A stretch of DNA of 64,000 nucleotides from Octopus vulgaris. Lineage: Eukaryota. The stretch covers positions 112,964,001 through 113,028,000 of the forward strand of contig OX597818.1 of assembly GCA_951406725.2 (NCBI GenBank). The letters are read 5' to 3'. Below are positions 12,889 to 26,976 of the stretch, piece by piece. Position 1 is the stretch's first letter, and each line of letters opens with the position of its first letter. A program made the translations under genes and the position numbers. The notes under the pieces are model-generated. The model saw only the letters and a program-made list of their open reading frames with translations, was not told where the DNA came from and did not search any database.

Positions 12889-15138
12889 CACACACACACA
12901 CACATACACACATACATACATACGTATATACACACATACATACGTACATACATACATGAGATTATGTGTTGAAGTATAGCTACTAATGTTCTTTTTTAAC
13001 ATCTACAAGGTAACAATATGGATGGCATGATGAAGGAAGGTATTTCGTGAATGATCTTTCTGAGGTATATATGAGTGTGTGTGTCTCTGTGTGTGTGTGT
13101 GTGTGCGGGCGTATGCCTGCGTGTGTGTTTCTCCTAATGTGTCTTTGCTTTTGTAGATGTGTAATTGCAACTGCGTGTCTTTAGAAGCTTACATATAGGA
13201 ATGAATGTATGAGAAATGGACTTTAAACATGTCTTATTGGGTATAAAATATTAAATACATCAATTATAATCCAGACAGCGTGTAGGAGGCCACCAAACCA
13301 GCCGTCGGTCCCACATAGCTAATATCTCTTCTAATGCTCCGGCACAAACGGAATGCGAGGCGTGATTGTCCATAAGAATCAATTGTTTTGCAAAGCTGTT
13401 TTATCCGTTCTTATAAACAAATTGTTTTTGTTTCTCGTTTGTTTGTAGAAAAATAGATTCTAAATCACTCTACCATTTCAACGTCATGCTTGCTTTCCCT
13501 ATTGCCCCTGGTGTTGGTTATAATATATTACTTTCACAGATCAACGCCTATATTTAAAATCTGTATTCATAGTTTGTTATTGTGATTCTAAACTAATGCA
13601 AACAGATTACTATTAGCTTATGTTATTGGTTCAATGAATTTCAAACACGAGTAAGTTTCACTCTACTTTCTCAAGATTTCAAGACAAATAAAACCATTGC
13701 TTCCAGCCCTAAAATAGATTAAATTAAAACAGGCAAAACAAACTCTAAAAAGATAAAAATGATTATCAAAATTGTTTGGTAAACATATTTTCATGGACAG
13801 TAATTTGATGCAATGTTATTTTTAATTTAAGAGGATATTGATTTCTATAATCATTTAATAAGGAGTCGATACGGAGAAACAATCCAAGCACATTATCTGA
13901 ACGTTGCTCATAAAACAATGCCTGGAGGCTGTTCGGTTGGAAGAAAGACATCATATCTCTTTGTATCTTGGGAGGGTCATTAGGCCGATAGAAATTAAAA
14001 TATACACTTGCTGATTCAATAATACTTTTTATTTTACCAAATGCCATCCAAAGTACAATTACTCGATTATTAATTTTCTGACAGAGTCCTTTCGTCGCTG
14101 TTCACAACCTCATCAATTACTTGTCCTCACCATCTCAAAAACTATTTCAGAATCCGATTGATTATCAACCAAAGTATTGGATAGTTACATGATAACATAA
14201 AGAAGTCGTATGGAAGCATCGCTTTTGTTTATTTTAATTTTCACTTGCATAATGACCTTCTCTATGCATAACAAAGTTTGTTTCAAAACACTATTTCACA
14301 TCAGGTATCTGGCAAACCAAACACAAAAACGAAGAATCTAAAACTCTCACCAATTATTTCTTACAATTATATTTTAATTGCTTCTAATCTAGATCGAAAT
14401 TTCAATTTTTTCTATTGCTCAATTTAGTAATTTCTTATTTCAGCACTGTCTTGATCGATACATTTGAGATCCTTCTTTCATCACAACTATTTGCTGCAAT
14501 GAATGAAGGAATACACGAAAGAATTGTTAATTAATGTGACGCAAATGAAGTACAAGAGATAATTATATCATAATTCTCATAACCCACAACGGCAGTTGTA
14601 TCCGTCACCAATTTCATATGTTTGTGGATAACAACTACTAGCATCAACTATATGCTTTTATCATCACTGAACTTGTGGATCGTGTGAGCGGATATGAGAT
14701 TTCTGACCTTCTAAAGTTGTAATAGCAAGGAAAATGGAGGAGTGTTTAATACAAATTTGTCTTCTATTGTCCATGAAAGCTATTGGTCTATTGCGAAGCT
14801 AACTTTGAAGAAGTTGCATCTTAAATACCGATGAAAGGCTAGCAACGAGCTACATTTTGCAGATATGGAGAAAACGGTTTCAGACCGAACAAGTGACGTT
14901 GTGAAAGATCGTAATGTGTTTCAGAATACCATTCAGAGTTATTAATCCTGACCTGACATCATCCGATACCTCAAGGTTTAACTTTAGCAAATGGAAGGAA
15001 ATATCTCTGTTTACACGTTGTACAGTTTATATATTACTACATATAATGACATCTTCTGCTGTCATTATCCATCAGGCAATATAGGTTACATGATTTGATC
15101 TATAAACCCACAACACTAACAATAGAACGTGTTACATA

Positions 15139-15297
15139 GGCGCAGGAGTGGCTGTGTGGTAAGTAGCTTGCTTACCAACCACATAGTTCCAGGTTCAGAC
15201 CCACTGCGTGGCAACTTGATCAAGTGTCTTCTATAGCATCGGGCCGACCAAAGACTTGTGAGTGGATTTAGAAGATGGAAAATAAAAGAAGCCCGTC

Positions 15298-15358
<61 letters not shown>

Positions 15359-15585
15359 TGTGTGTGTGTGTGTGTATATATGTTTGTGTGTCTGTGTTTG
15401 TCTCCCCAACATCGCTTGACAACTGATGGTGGTGTGTTTATGTCCCTGCAACTTAGCGGTTCGGAAAAAGACACCGATAGAATAAGTAATAGGCTTACAA
15501 AGAATAAGTCCTAGGGACGATTTGCTCGACTAAAGGTAGTGCTCCAGGAAGGCCGTAATCAAATGACTGAAACAAGTAAAGAGAA
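15139..15585 (+). mobile_element. tRNA-derived SINE family A, full length, internal (TA)n(TG)n
   Basis: A box TGGCTGTGTGG, B box GTTCAGACCC, CORE-like ggcaacttgatcaagtg, internal microsatellite, and tail gtgctccag..ggcc..aaatgactgaaacaagtaaag. Ten or more copies in the window. Confidence 0.85.
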
Positions 15586-15858
15586 TGAGACGCATCCAGG
15601 GCTTGAATGTATAGCGAACACAAGATTATTGCTGGTGCATGCGTTATATCACGAACTGCAGGCAATCACTACATGCTTCATAATGAGAAATTAGATGTCG
15701 TTCAAACTGGACATCTTTGTACGAGTAAGGTTTGATTTATACGAGCTTACTACACAACATAGCCTACATCGCATGCATATTGCTTTTGGAAGACACCTTT
15801 CGATTTTATTTACATTATTTATATTTGACGGATATTTGTCCTCATCTTGCTTGATGTT

Positions 15859-15904
15859 AACACAACGTTTCGGCTGATATACCCTCCAGCCTTCATCATG
15901 TGTC
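15859..15904 (-). ncRNA. Inverted copy of the hammerhead motif with core C3->A change (ATGATGA)
   Basis: The reverse complement reads gacac-ATGATGA-a-ggctggagggtatatcagcc-GAAAC-GTT-gtgtt. Confidence 0.6.
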
Positions 15905-16038
15905 TTGGGGAAATTTCGAACGTGGGTTCTCATTACTTAACCACTACGCCATATGACCGTGAGCATATGGCGTAGTGGTTACGAGCGCGGGCTCTTAACC
16001 CGAAAATTCCGAGTTCGATTCCAAACAGTGACCTAAAT

Positions 16039-16120
<82 letters not shown>

Positions 16121-16188
16121 GTAATAATAATAATAATAACATCGAAAAATACCTAAGGAATGTGAACCCAGGTTCGATATGTCCCCAA

Positions 16189-16234
16189 GACACCTGATGA
16201 AGGCTGGCGGGTATATCAGCTGAAACGTTGTGTT
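16189..16234 (+). ncRNA. Minimal type I hammerhead ribozyme motif (PLE type)
   Basis: gacac-CTGATGA-a-ggctg(10 nt loop)cagct-GAAAC-GTT^gtgtt. Stem I is gacac/gtgtt, stem II ggctg/cagct, and a palindromic AACGTT replaces stem III. Confidence 0.75.
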
Positions 16235-16356
16235 AACAACAAACAAGAAGAGGACAAATATCTGTCAAATGTAAATAATGTAAATAATATATATGATTCC
16301 TCAACTCTTAAATATAGAACTGTGTTATCTTTCCAATTCTCTTTGAACAAATTAAA

Positions 16357-16526
16357 GCAGGGGGGTGGGTTTTTTATTAAGATGGTTGCTTCCCAACCAA
16401 ATGCTCAAACGTTCGTTCAACTGTGCGACATCATGAATGACTACCTTGAAATATAATCTCGGGCCAAACAAAACCTTTTGATTGATTTTTGATTGACGGA
16501 AATTGACAGAAATCTATATGTGTGTG

Positions 16527-16571
<45 letters not shown>

Positions 16572-16785
16572 GCGTACGTGCGTGCATGCGTGGTGGTGAT
16601 CTTACGTTCCCGTAGCTTACAAAACCCTCGAATAAGTATCCCGATAGAATAAGTATAAAGCCTACAAAATAATAAGCCTTGTGGGAGATTCGCTCTTCTA
16701 AAATTCTTCAAGGCTCTGCTCCTCCCTCCTTATCCCCCCAGCATGGCTGCAGTCTGATGACTATAACAAGTAATATAGAAAATCT
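16357..16785 (+). mobile_element. SINE family A (decayed)
   Basis: Head-like taagatggttgcttcccaacca, internal (TG)n, tail cagcatggctgcagtctgatgact. Confidence 0.7.
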
Positions 16786-16844
16786 GAAAGATTAATACAA
16801 GGTTCACTGCTGTAACCATTTCATTAGAAGCATTTTCTTCCACT

Positions 16845-17155
16845 GTCACCGCTGATGGAGGACCGACCCTGGTATGTCGATGTATTTATGAACGTAGTGT
16901 AACAACCTGATGAGGCGGGTGCCTTGATTAGTATTATGATATCTGCCATATTCCTTGGCACGTCTATGAAACAGATCGTAGAGGTGACGTTTATATATTG
17001 TTTTTCTTTCGTTGATTTTAATATGTCTTTAATACTTAATCCTTTCATCATACAATGTACGATTTTAAATGTAATTAAAACTGATATTTTCTTAAATTCA
17101 ATCGTTTCTATTTCAATTCAATCGTGTTTTATGCATTGCATTGACATTGTCTATT
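16845..17155 (+). mobile_element. PLE-like terminus with hammerhead-like motif
   Basis: CTGATGA 16907-16913, gtgcc/ggcac stem, GAAAC-agatc-GTA 16968-16980, then a T-rich tail into TA repeats. Stem I is imperfect. Confidence 0.45.
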
Positions 17156-17266
17156 TATATATATATTTGTGTATTTTGGAATTTTATTTCTATTTTATAG
17201 AGAATATATGTATTTACATAAAATTTCGATGCGTATATTTTAGTATATATATATATATATATATAT

Positions 17267-17325
<59 letters not shown>

Positions 17326-17974
17326 CGTGTTTGTGTGTGTGTGTGTGTGTGTATGTATATCTATATATATATATATATCTATATCTATATCTATCTATCT
17401 ATATATATATACACACATAATGTATCTGTCAGTGCACGAAAGGTATTTAAAAATGAATATTATATTGATTGTAGTATAAAAAGTTGTCGTCGATTATTCC
17501 GCAAAACAGAATGAAACTGGATGGGTGGGGGGTAGCTTATAGATTATTGAGTTATGAGGACAGTGAAATGGGTAGGTTTAATAGCAAATCTTGACATTAG
17601 ACAAAATGTCCACTGATACTCAATCCAATCAGTTCTGTGATTGGTATATTTGAATATTAGTCAAATTATTTCTTCATTGTAAACATTTACTCTTTTATGA
17701 GTAGATGTAAAAGTTTAATGCAGAGAAAATTAGCACAGTAGTGTTTGGTTTTTTAGTTTGGTCGTTTTTTTTACCTTATTAATCATTTAATCGTAATTCA
17801 AAAGACTATATTCTGATTGATGTCCTATTTTCAATCTCTAATCATGAAATGTTAACTTTTGATGAAAGAAATGTTTCTTCATCACTAATATACATATACA
17901 CATATATGCATGTATATATTATGCGTATGCATATGTGTGTAGTGTGTGCATATGTATGAATGCATATATGTACA

Positions 17975-18085
<111 letters not shown>

Positions 18086-21000
18086 GTACATATATACACA
18101 CGTATGAGAGAGAAAAGTAATCGGCCTTTCTCTTTTATGAGTTTTTTAGAATGTTAGAAGAGTTAGCAAAATTAGAATTAAACTGTTTCAGAGAGTTGTA
18201 TATAAATATACATTATAAACTACCAAATCAATTGGATTGATCTTTTTTAAGCAACTGAATATAAATATATATCTTCAATAAGTTTATATTATGAAGAAAT
18301 ATTTGTGATCGATTAGAGTTCAATCAAACGAAATAATACGCATATTGACTTGTTAAATCTAATAAAGATTGATTTTGTGTGTCTAAAATAAATCATTTAT
18401 ATTTTAGAGCGGATGTTATTTTTCTTCAATGGAGGCTGTATACTTATCTGTTTTTTGCCGCAGAATACTATGATTTCTGGCAAGTTATGACCAAAATGTT
18501 GTTTCGATTATTTCATACTTTCATAGATGACGCATTCCGGAGATTTTTTCTCTCTTATCCGAAATACAGAATATATATATGTGCCATATAAAGGACTTAA
18601 TACCGACCAAATGCGACGGAATTGTAGTTTTCCAAACTTTTAAAATTTTGTTCTTTTACTTCCGAAGCACATGCATCCCACATGTTCTGACGTCATATTT
18701 CCATGTAACAAATGAACTTTAGAACAATTACAAACATACAAAAATTAATTATGCAGGCATTCACACGCAATCACAAAATGGTGTCTAGTCGAATAAAATC
18801 TGTACGTATGTGTAGATTCTCGACTAAGTTGAATTCTCTTAATGTATATCATCAGTTTAGATGTAAAATTTAACGCCAAGCAATGACGTTATATTCGTGT
18901 TAATTATCTGAAAATCTCTTACAATTCAGACACATTTCTCTTAGAAATATAATACTAAAACTATGGCGGTATAAGCAGTGAAATAACTCAGAAACAATAC
19001 ACTGAGTTATGTTTAAAAAACAACCTACATTATTACGTAATTTTATAGCAGATGTTTTATACATAAAACTCAATAGAAACAAAATTAATAATACAATACA
19101 TTTAAATACTCATTGTTTGCAAAATGGTAAGATACTCTGGATATTTAAATCTATTTTCGATGTTTCAATATACATGCACCGATCTTTAAATTAAAGTTAC
19201 ACAATACAAAAACAAATATCATAACGTCACTTTCGTATCAAATCACTGAAGAAGAAAGGAACGATAGTTGATATACTGTTATTACATCAGAAAAACCTAA
19301 TTATTCTCTTCATGGAACGAAAGTATTGGAGAGTTTTTAACATTCAACACACTGTATTGCAATAAATAAAATAATAGATCTGTGTATATGTGCGTTGTAG
19401 GATGAAAACTGTAATATGGACAGGTTAGGTTGGAAAACAATATAATATTGTGCTTTTCTATTGAGGACTGATATTTAATAACACATCACGTCATTGAATA
19501 TGAATGATTGTGCTGAAAATGGTTACACACACACAAACCTATAGATAGATAGACAGATAGAGAGAGAGAGAGAGAGAGGGACACAGAGACACACAGACAG
19601 ATAAATAGATCGAAATATACGTATATATGTATGTATATCTATATTTACATACACATGGATATAATGTATGTATGTGAGTATGTGTATTTGTGTGTGTGTG
19701 TGTGTGTGTGCGTGTATAAGTTGTATAGTTATGCATGCACTTTGTGTGAGTTTCTGCGTTTTATTCATAAAATGTGGACGAAATGAAAACTCCAATATCA
19801 CACGAGCAATAAGTTGCCATTTCACGATGTTTTTATAACATGCATCTTGATGGAGATGTTATTGAACGCAAGAATATTGCTAATCCTGTCAACAAATATT
19901 GTATTAGATTCAACTGATTTGGTGTTAAGAATTAAGGAGTACTTCACGGTTAGGCACCTTTTAATGGCATAATACTGGAAATACGATACCAGCTTTGTTA
20001 TGCAGATACCAACTTAATTTTCCAGTGTTAGATTGAATGTCGGCGCGAATGGTTGTAACGGTGTAAAACCTGAGCATGTGAAACCATGCCAGGTCATGAA
20101 AAAGAATTTTAAAAATCATAATGTTTTGTAGTTTTCAAAATATTCTCCGTAAGGTCTTGCGGATATCACGTTGGAAATATTGCAATGCATGTATATTCAG
20201 GCAGTTTATATATGATATTATATCAACTGGTAAGTTATATATCACTTAATGCTGAAATCAAATATGAATTTTCAAACGATTTTTAAAATAGAATTAGTAA
20301 ATGCTCTTATGATCTCCCCTTAAGGAAAGCAAGTGAATAAAGACGGCTTACAATAAATCATCTCACTAGTGATGTCTACGTAAAGTGAGAAACATCGCTT
20401 AGACCAACAAGATGTAAGCATAGATAACACCTGTTTCGATGCATTATATATCATGAACGTGGCCACCTATAAAGTTAGGAGCTTCATTAAACAATTCGAT
20501 ACTCACGTCAGGCATTCACGTAGATTGCATAAAATATAAAATATAAAATATACAGAATGACTGTCACAGGTATTTTTGCCTCCGAATAATAGGTTCAAAC
20601 AGTTTCAACTACAAAAAGAAGTCCAGGGACTCGATCTGAGAACTGTTATTTGCGTTATGGATGGCCGGAAAACATATGTTGACTTCACAAACGGTCAACT
20701 TAAAGAAAGATCTACTACATACATGATTTCAAGTCTAATGTTATGTTACAGTTATATTTAGATGGAATTTAATTGGCCGTGCATAAACTGAAATTTCGCT
20801 GATAAAATCATCACATACTGGACAAGGAAGCACATGCAATATCTACTTAACAGCTAAAGGGAATCTATTAAATTGCCCATAATTCAGGAAACATTCACAT
20901 AAGCTTCCCATCCAGAGTACTTCAATTTATAGAATATTATCATAAGAGATAAAACATATTCTAGTCCCACCGAGACAGAAATCCTTGCCGCTTGACACAA

Positions 21001-21170
21001 ATAATTTCCCAGCTTATCAACTTTTCCTCAACACCATCAAGTACCCTTTTATATAAGTGGCCATCAAGGGATTAAGCGCGTCCTCACACCACGTTCGCTA
21101 CCGTGTCCTCTTCAGCACTTCCAACATCGCCACATATTCATCCTAATGGCAGTATGTAGAATGTCCTCTA

Positions 21171-21515
21171 AAGACAGCAATAGTCTTTTCTAGGCGCAAG
21201 GCCCGAAATTTGTGGGGAGGCGACCAGCGATTGGATCGACATCAGTACACAACTGGTGCTTAATGTATCGACCCCGAAAGGATGAAATGCAAAGTCGACC
21301 TCGGTGGAATATAAACTCAACGTAAAGAGAGCAATATTTATTTTACTCTAGGCAAAAGGCCCGAAACTTTTGGGGAATGTACCAGTCAAGTAGAGTGACC
21401 CCAGTATGCAACTGGTACTTAATATAACAAACCCGGAAAGATGAAATGTAAAGTCGACCTCGGCGGAATTTGAACTCAAATTAAAGACTGCAATATTTGT
21501 TTTTTACTCTAGGCA
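21171..21515 (-). repeat. Tandem array (~157 bp unit, ~2.2 copies) of SINE family N 3' portion
   Basis: Unit starts aagacagcaat 21171, aagagagcaat ~21326 and aagactgcaat ~21484. Each full unit contains gaaa.gatgaaatg.aaagtcgacctcgg.ggaat. Confidence 0.8.
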
Positions 21516-21731
21516 CATATAGCGAGAGTGAGAGATATAGAGGTTATGGATTTTAGGAAGCGGCTAAGGGATTAAATATCCGTATATACTTTTGATACGC
21601 TGGTTAATCTATGTATTTCTCCATATTCTAATTACATATATATATATCCTGCTCTGTCATTGTCTCTTTTTCTTTGTCTGTCACTTCTCTCTCCACACGC
21701 ACGCACACACACACAAACACACACATATACA

Positions 21732-22100
21732 TCTCTCTATATATAAACGGCAGTTTGTCTGTGTGTGTGTCTGTGTGTCTGTCAGGTTGTACCCTCACCC
21801 TGACCATGGCTTTCAACCGATTCTGATAAAACTTGACACACACATAGCCCAATGTCATAATTCAAAACTAACGCAGCGAAAATTTTGAAAAGTTCCCCCA
21901 GTTCTGAAAAAAATCGATAAATTCGACATGGGGTCGAGAATTAGAAACACAAACCACAGACTGTCTAGGGGACGCAACTCGACCTTTTTAACTCTCATAA
22001 TTTTTTTTCCATTTTTTTCTATTTTTTGGCTATAACTCTCTAAAAATGCTTTATAGTTATTTCCCTTACAAACCCGAGCAACGCCGGGCGATACTGCTAG
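21732..22100 (+). mobile_element. Complete non-autonomous Helitron
   Basis: 5' TCTCTCTATATATAAA start, subterminal GC hairpin cccgagcaacgccggg, 3' CTAG. Inserted between host A (21731) and T (22101) with no TSD. Confidence 0.88.
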
Positions 22101-23888
22101 TATACATATAAATTTATACAAATTTATATATACCTATGTGTGTGTGTGTGTGTCCATGTGTGTGAATGTGTGTGTTTGGAAAGAGGATACAAAGAGAGAG
22201 GGAGATAGATAAAAAGACAGGCAGAGAGAGAGAGAGATGTGGGCACTTGCGCGTGTGTGAGATATGTATTGCAATTCTAATTCTCCCCTTTTGTGTACCG
22301 GCTTTTTAATTCAAAACTTTAAGATTTTCACCTGTTTATTTAATTCACCATCACTGAAAGGACTTACTGATATCGTTGAAAGACCATTTAAAATGGCCTA
22401 CCTAGATTTGATATAAACCTAATCTAGCGTTCACACATAAACCTTTCTATATAATATATAAAGCTTTCGATACAATACATAACCTTCTAGACACAATTTC
22501 CTCTGCCTTTACCTACGAACATTATTAACTGCTAGCGAAGTCTTTTCCTTGTACTTAATATGTTGTATTTCCGCTCGCAAAATCACGTAGTCTTTGATAA
22601 CTACTTCTGCTTAATGAATCCATTTTATATTGGCTTGAGCTTAACTCATACTCTTTGAATTCAATTCATTAAATTTCAGGTAAAAGATGTTATTAATACC
22701 AGTACCATCACATTTGAAGTTAGCTCATTTTACCATGGTTTCATATAACTTTATTCTGTGTTTATTCTTTTTGTTCACGGATTATATATTGTATTCCTTC
22801 TTTTCATGATGAATTCTTGCCATCACATATAAATCTTATTTATGATATAGCAATGGCATTCAATGGATCACTGAAATCTGTATTAACACAATAAACACAT
22901 CGGACAATGACGTTGTTTCATACTAATGTCATCATTAATTTTCGTAGCGCCTTTCTACTTAGTAGGCCGTCGTTTGCGTCTGTATGCATTTTCTCTTCCG
23001 CTAAACTTTAAAACGCACCTTCGTAAAAGGCACATACCTTTCCTTATTGAATTGAAAGCACATACAATCTGAAACACTTTATCCTGCCCCAGCAAACATG
23101 AGGTTATGATTTTAGATACAAAACGCATGTATTATCCCAATACATACAGTTATGAAACGAATAAGGTCTAGAGTGTCCGGTACAACCACTCGATTCGTAG
23201 AGGGCAGTATTTTCCAATTTGGCAACAGGAACTTTTCCATATGTTTACAACTAATGGGTATATCACATCTGGGATTCAGCAGTGAGGTGCAGTTCTTAGA
23301 TTATTAAGGTACGGATAGTTTGCATTTCTTTTGTTCAATTGATATATGGCACAAATTTTCAACTATTTCTCACCTTTTTCTTTTTGTTTTGTGGTGTAAC
23401 GTTAGACTTCGAACCAGCTAAGTGTCTACGCAATTTCGTGGTTTTACATCTGTCCCTACGCTATGTGTGTGTGTGTGTGCGTGTGTGTGTGTATGTATAT
23501 GTATATATGTATATATATACATATATATACGTATGTATGTATGTATATAATATATAACATATACGTATGATATAATATATATTCATATATAGACATAACA
23601 TTCACGAACTCACACTTTAACCTATATAAGCATACACACACACAAATACACCCACATATTTTCTTTTATGTTAGTATTTGCAAATTCTTCACCCAACCAC
23701 CATTCTGTTGTTCTAATCAACCGAAATGATCATTACACCATTGCCAGATCGTTATGTGAAATATGGAACTGCTTGCTTAGAACTCATATAAGCTTCTGCA
23801 CAATCGAGAAAACAATATTTAAGTCACTTTTTAAAAATTTGTTTCGTTGTTATGGATATGTGTGTATATATGTCTGTATATATGTGCA

Positions 23889-23941
<53 letters not shown>

Positions 23942-24871
23942 ACGTGCTTGTCTAATTTCGAAGCCATTACTAATTATTTGAGCTTCATTATCAAAGAGTG
24001 TATCTCAAACAAAGGGGTGTATACTCTGAAATATTTCATTTTCTTTTGCAAACGCATTTTTTTTCCTATGAAAAAAAAAATACAGCTCCTTATTATGTTT
24101 AACAATAAACATTGAATTTGGTTGATTTTTCCTGTGAAAAAGTTATATATCTTTCAGTCTCCTCTGATACAGTTTACGTATGAAAGAAATATGACTGAAG
24201 CGGCAATAGATCCATATCTCCAAGTTGATTGTGAAAGTATGAAAATAATTCGCAACCATTGTTGTAGGTTATTCCTTATCAGAATATTACAGAGAATAAA
24301 AAATGAAATAACGGGTAATGTTCTCGCAAAAAGAATATAATTTTTCTAGGTGGAAATTGATTGAAACTACGATCAATATGTTATTTTCACACGGCTGGTT
24401 ATTCACACAGATATGTGAACTGCAGGGAGATGGCGCTGTTGATGGCGTTCATAACAGCCAACCAAGTTTTTTGTGGTCTGTATATTTGCCGTTCCCGCTC
24501 TATTGAATCTTTAAACAATGTCTTTAACCCCAAGCTTCCCACTTCACATAGCTATTAGCATATTTTACACGAAGGGAAGAGTCATGTGAGTTACACATGT
24601 ATAGTAATCAATACTTGACGCGTATTTTATTAATTGTCGGGGCTGGTAGAGCACCAATTTATAAAGTTAACATTGAATCCTCTACATCTGCATTTTTACC
24701 TTTATTTCTTTTACGTATTCTATAAATTAACTCCTTAAAACATTAATTAAAGACTGCGCATATAAGATATCTACTTCAAAATATTTTCTGTTCTGTAACT
24801 CACGTTTTTACACCCAAACAGAGGAGCGTCTGTTTGTCAGCGAGGCAATAACAACAGCAAAATATTATGTA

Positions 24872-25422
<551 letters not shown>

Positions 25423-26315
25423 AGCCTATACTACGACTTTTGTCCTCGACAAAGTTCTTCATGTTTATTGCTGTTTGTTACTCTTATTGGTACTATTGTG
25501 TTCGTGTTTTTACTCTTTGTTCTTTTTTTTTCTTCTAGCTGGATTTGGGACCTGATTGTCTCGAGCTACAATCACAAGAGATTTTGACTTGAGGATTCTG
25601 TACGTATATTTTATTTCCTTCTTTCATTTTGTGACATTTTGTACCACATTTGCGATTATTTGTTTTATCGTTTATTAAGTTTTGTAGGTGGAGTTTCAGA
25701 TAATCCCGGGGACTAATTCTACAATCTGAAAAGAAGATGTCGGGCTGGCTTGTTGGTTTGTCAACAGTAACAAAACAGTACACGTTACCATGACTCAGCC
25801 ATTCTAAAAATAAACGTCTTGTTGTAATTAACTTGTTGAATGTAGATCAATTAAAGATAACAGAGCAATCATTGAAAAGGATATCGACCTATTCTAATTA
25901 GTAGCATCTTTCACTTGCATTACATCGTTTTTAGCTCCTGTAAACATGAAATTTTAAAATCGATATAAGTTATATGAATTTGTCCGATACTGTTTTCTTT
26001 GTAATTTAAGTATAGACTTGAAAGAAATTCATGACAAAGATTTAAAGATGGGATGCACGAATTTTGATTAATAAGACCAAGAGTTTGCATTTCAGTGAAA
26101 CCTATTTTTATATGCTTGAAAGTGGTGTATGTATTTCAGAAAAGGGGGAATTTCAATGTAAACGTGGCCTTGTAGTGAGAAGTGTACTTCCATTTATATG
26201 AAACCGAGTTCAGTTCCACTGCATGACACCTGGTGGGGCGAGTGTCTTCTATTAAAGATTAAAGCCGCGTGGATGGATTTGGAAGACGGAAACTGAAAGG
26301 AACCTGACGTATATA

Positions 26316-26379
<64 letters not shown>

Positions 26380-26407
26380 GGAGATAGGGGTACGTTACGC
26401 CGCAATA

Positions 26408-26759
26408 ATATATGTATAGAAATTAAATATAAATTACAAAATGGGACAAGAACGCAAAAACTTGTTTTTTATTTCTATTTTTTGTGTCTTGTATTTATAT
26501 TCGAGTGGCATCCTGTCCTTCTTTCGTATACATTCGATCCTCTTTCCAAGAAATCTAATGCCCGTAGCTTAGTTTTTCTTTGGGGCTGGCCGTATCGGAG
26601 CGATATCAGGATTAATCAGCCGAACTTGCTAAGATGATCCGGTTCCCGACTGAAGATTAGAGGCTTCGAATGACCCGTCTGTTTTTTTGTTTCGTCTCTT
26701 TGTGTGCTTTTGCGTTCTTGTCCCATTTTGTAATTTATATTTAATTTCTATACATATAT
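26408..26759. repeat. Penelope-like terminus with ~52 bp perfect terminal inverted repeat
   Basis: 26408-26459 is the reverse complement of 26708-26759. The interior has a ggctg...cagcc-gaac stem resembling a decayed HHR. Confidence 0.65.
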
Positions 26760-26819
26760 ATATATATATTGATAGAAATGGTAAGACGAGAAAAGAATGA
26801 AAGATACCTCGATATTATG

Positions 26820-26976
26820 TAAATAGAGGAATTTATCTGTAAATGTAATATGTGACAAATATTCGGTAGCCATGATAAAACTCCGAGTTTCCACCCCGAC
26901 ATCTGAAACTCGGAGTTTTATCATGGCTACCGAATAATAGTCACATATTACATTTACAGTCAAATTCCTCTATTTA
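26820..26976. repeat. Near-perfect fold-back hairpin (~72 bp arms, 13 nt loop), PLE-like terminus
   Basis: 26820-26891 is the reverse complement of 26905-26976 with a few mismatches. The arms begin at GAAAC-tcgga-GTT. Confidence 0.8.

Larger units (their letters stand above)
15806..16323 (+). mobile_element. Non-autonomous tRNA-headed element with Penelope-like hammerhead tail and inverted 5' copy
   Basis: A box TGGCGTAGTGG 15968-15978, B box GTTCGATTCC 16013-16022, (AAT)n 16042-16139, HHR 16189-16234. 15806-15955 is an inverted copy of the head start plus the tail. Confidence 0.75.

Noticed and set aside
13766-14047. 93 aa minus-strand ORF in non-repeat DNA
   Set aside because: No recognisable domain or convincing splice context, and the length is compatible with chance.
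21171-21515. CRISPR-like repeat array
   Set aside because: Units are ~157 bp SINE-derived tandem copies with no unique spacers and no cas genes, in eukaryotic context.
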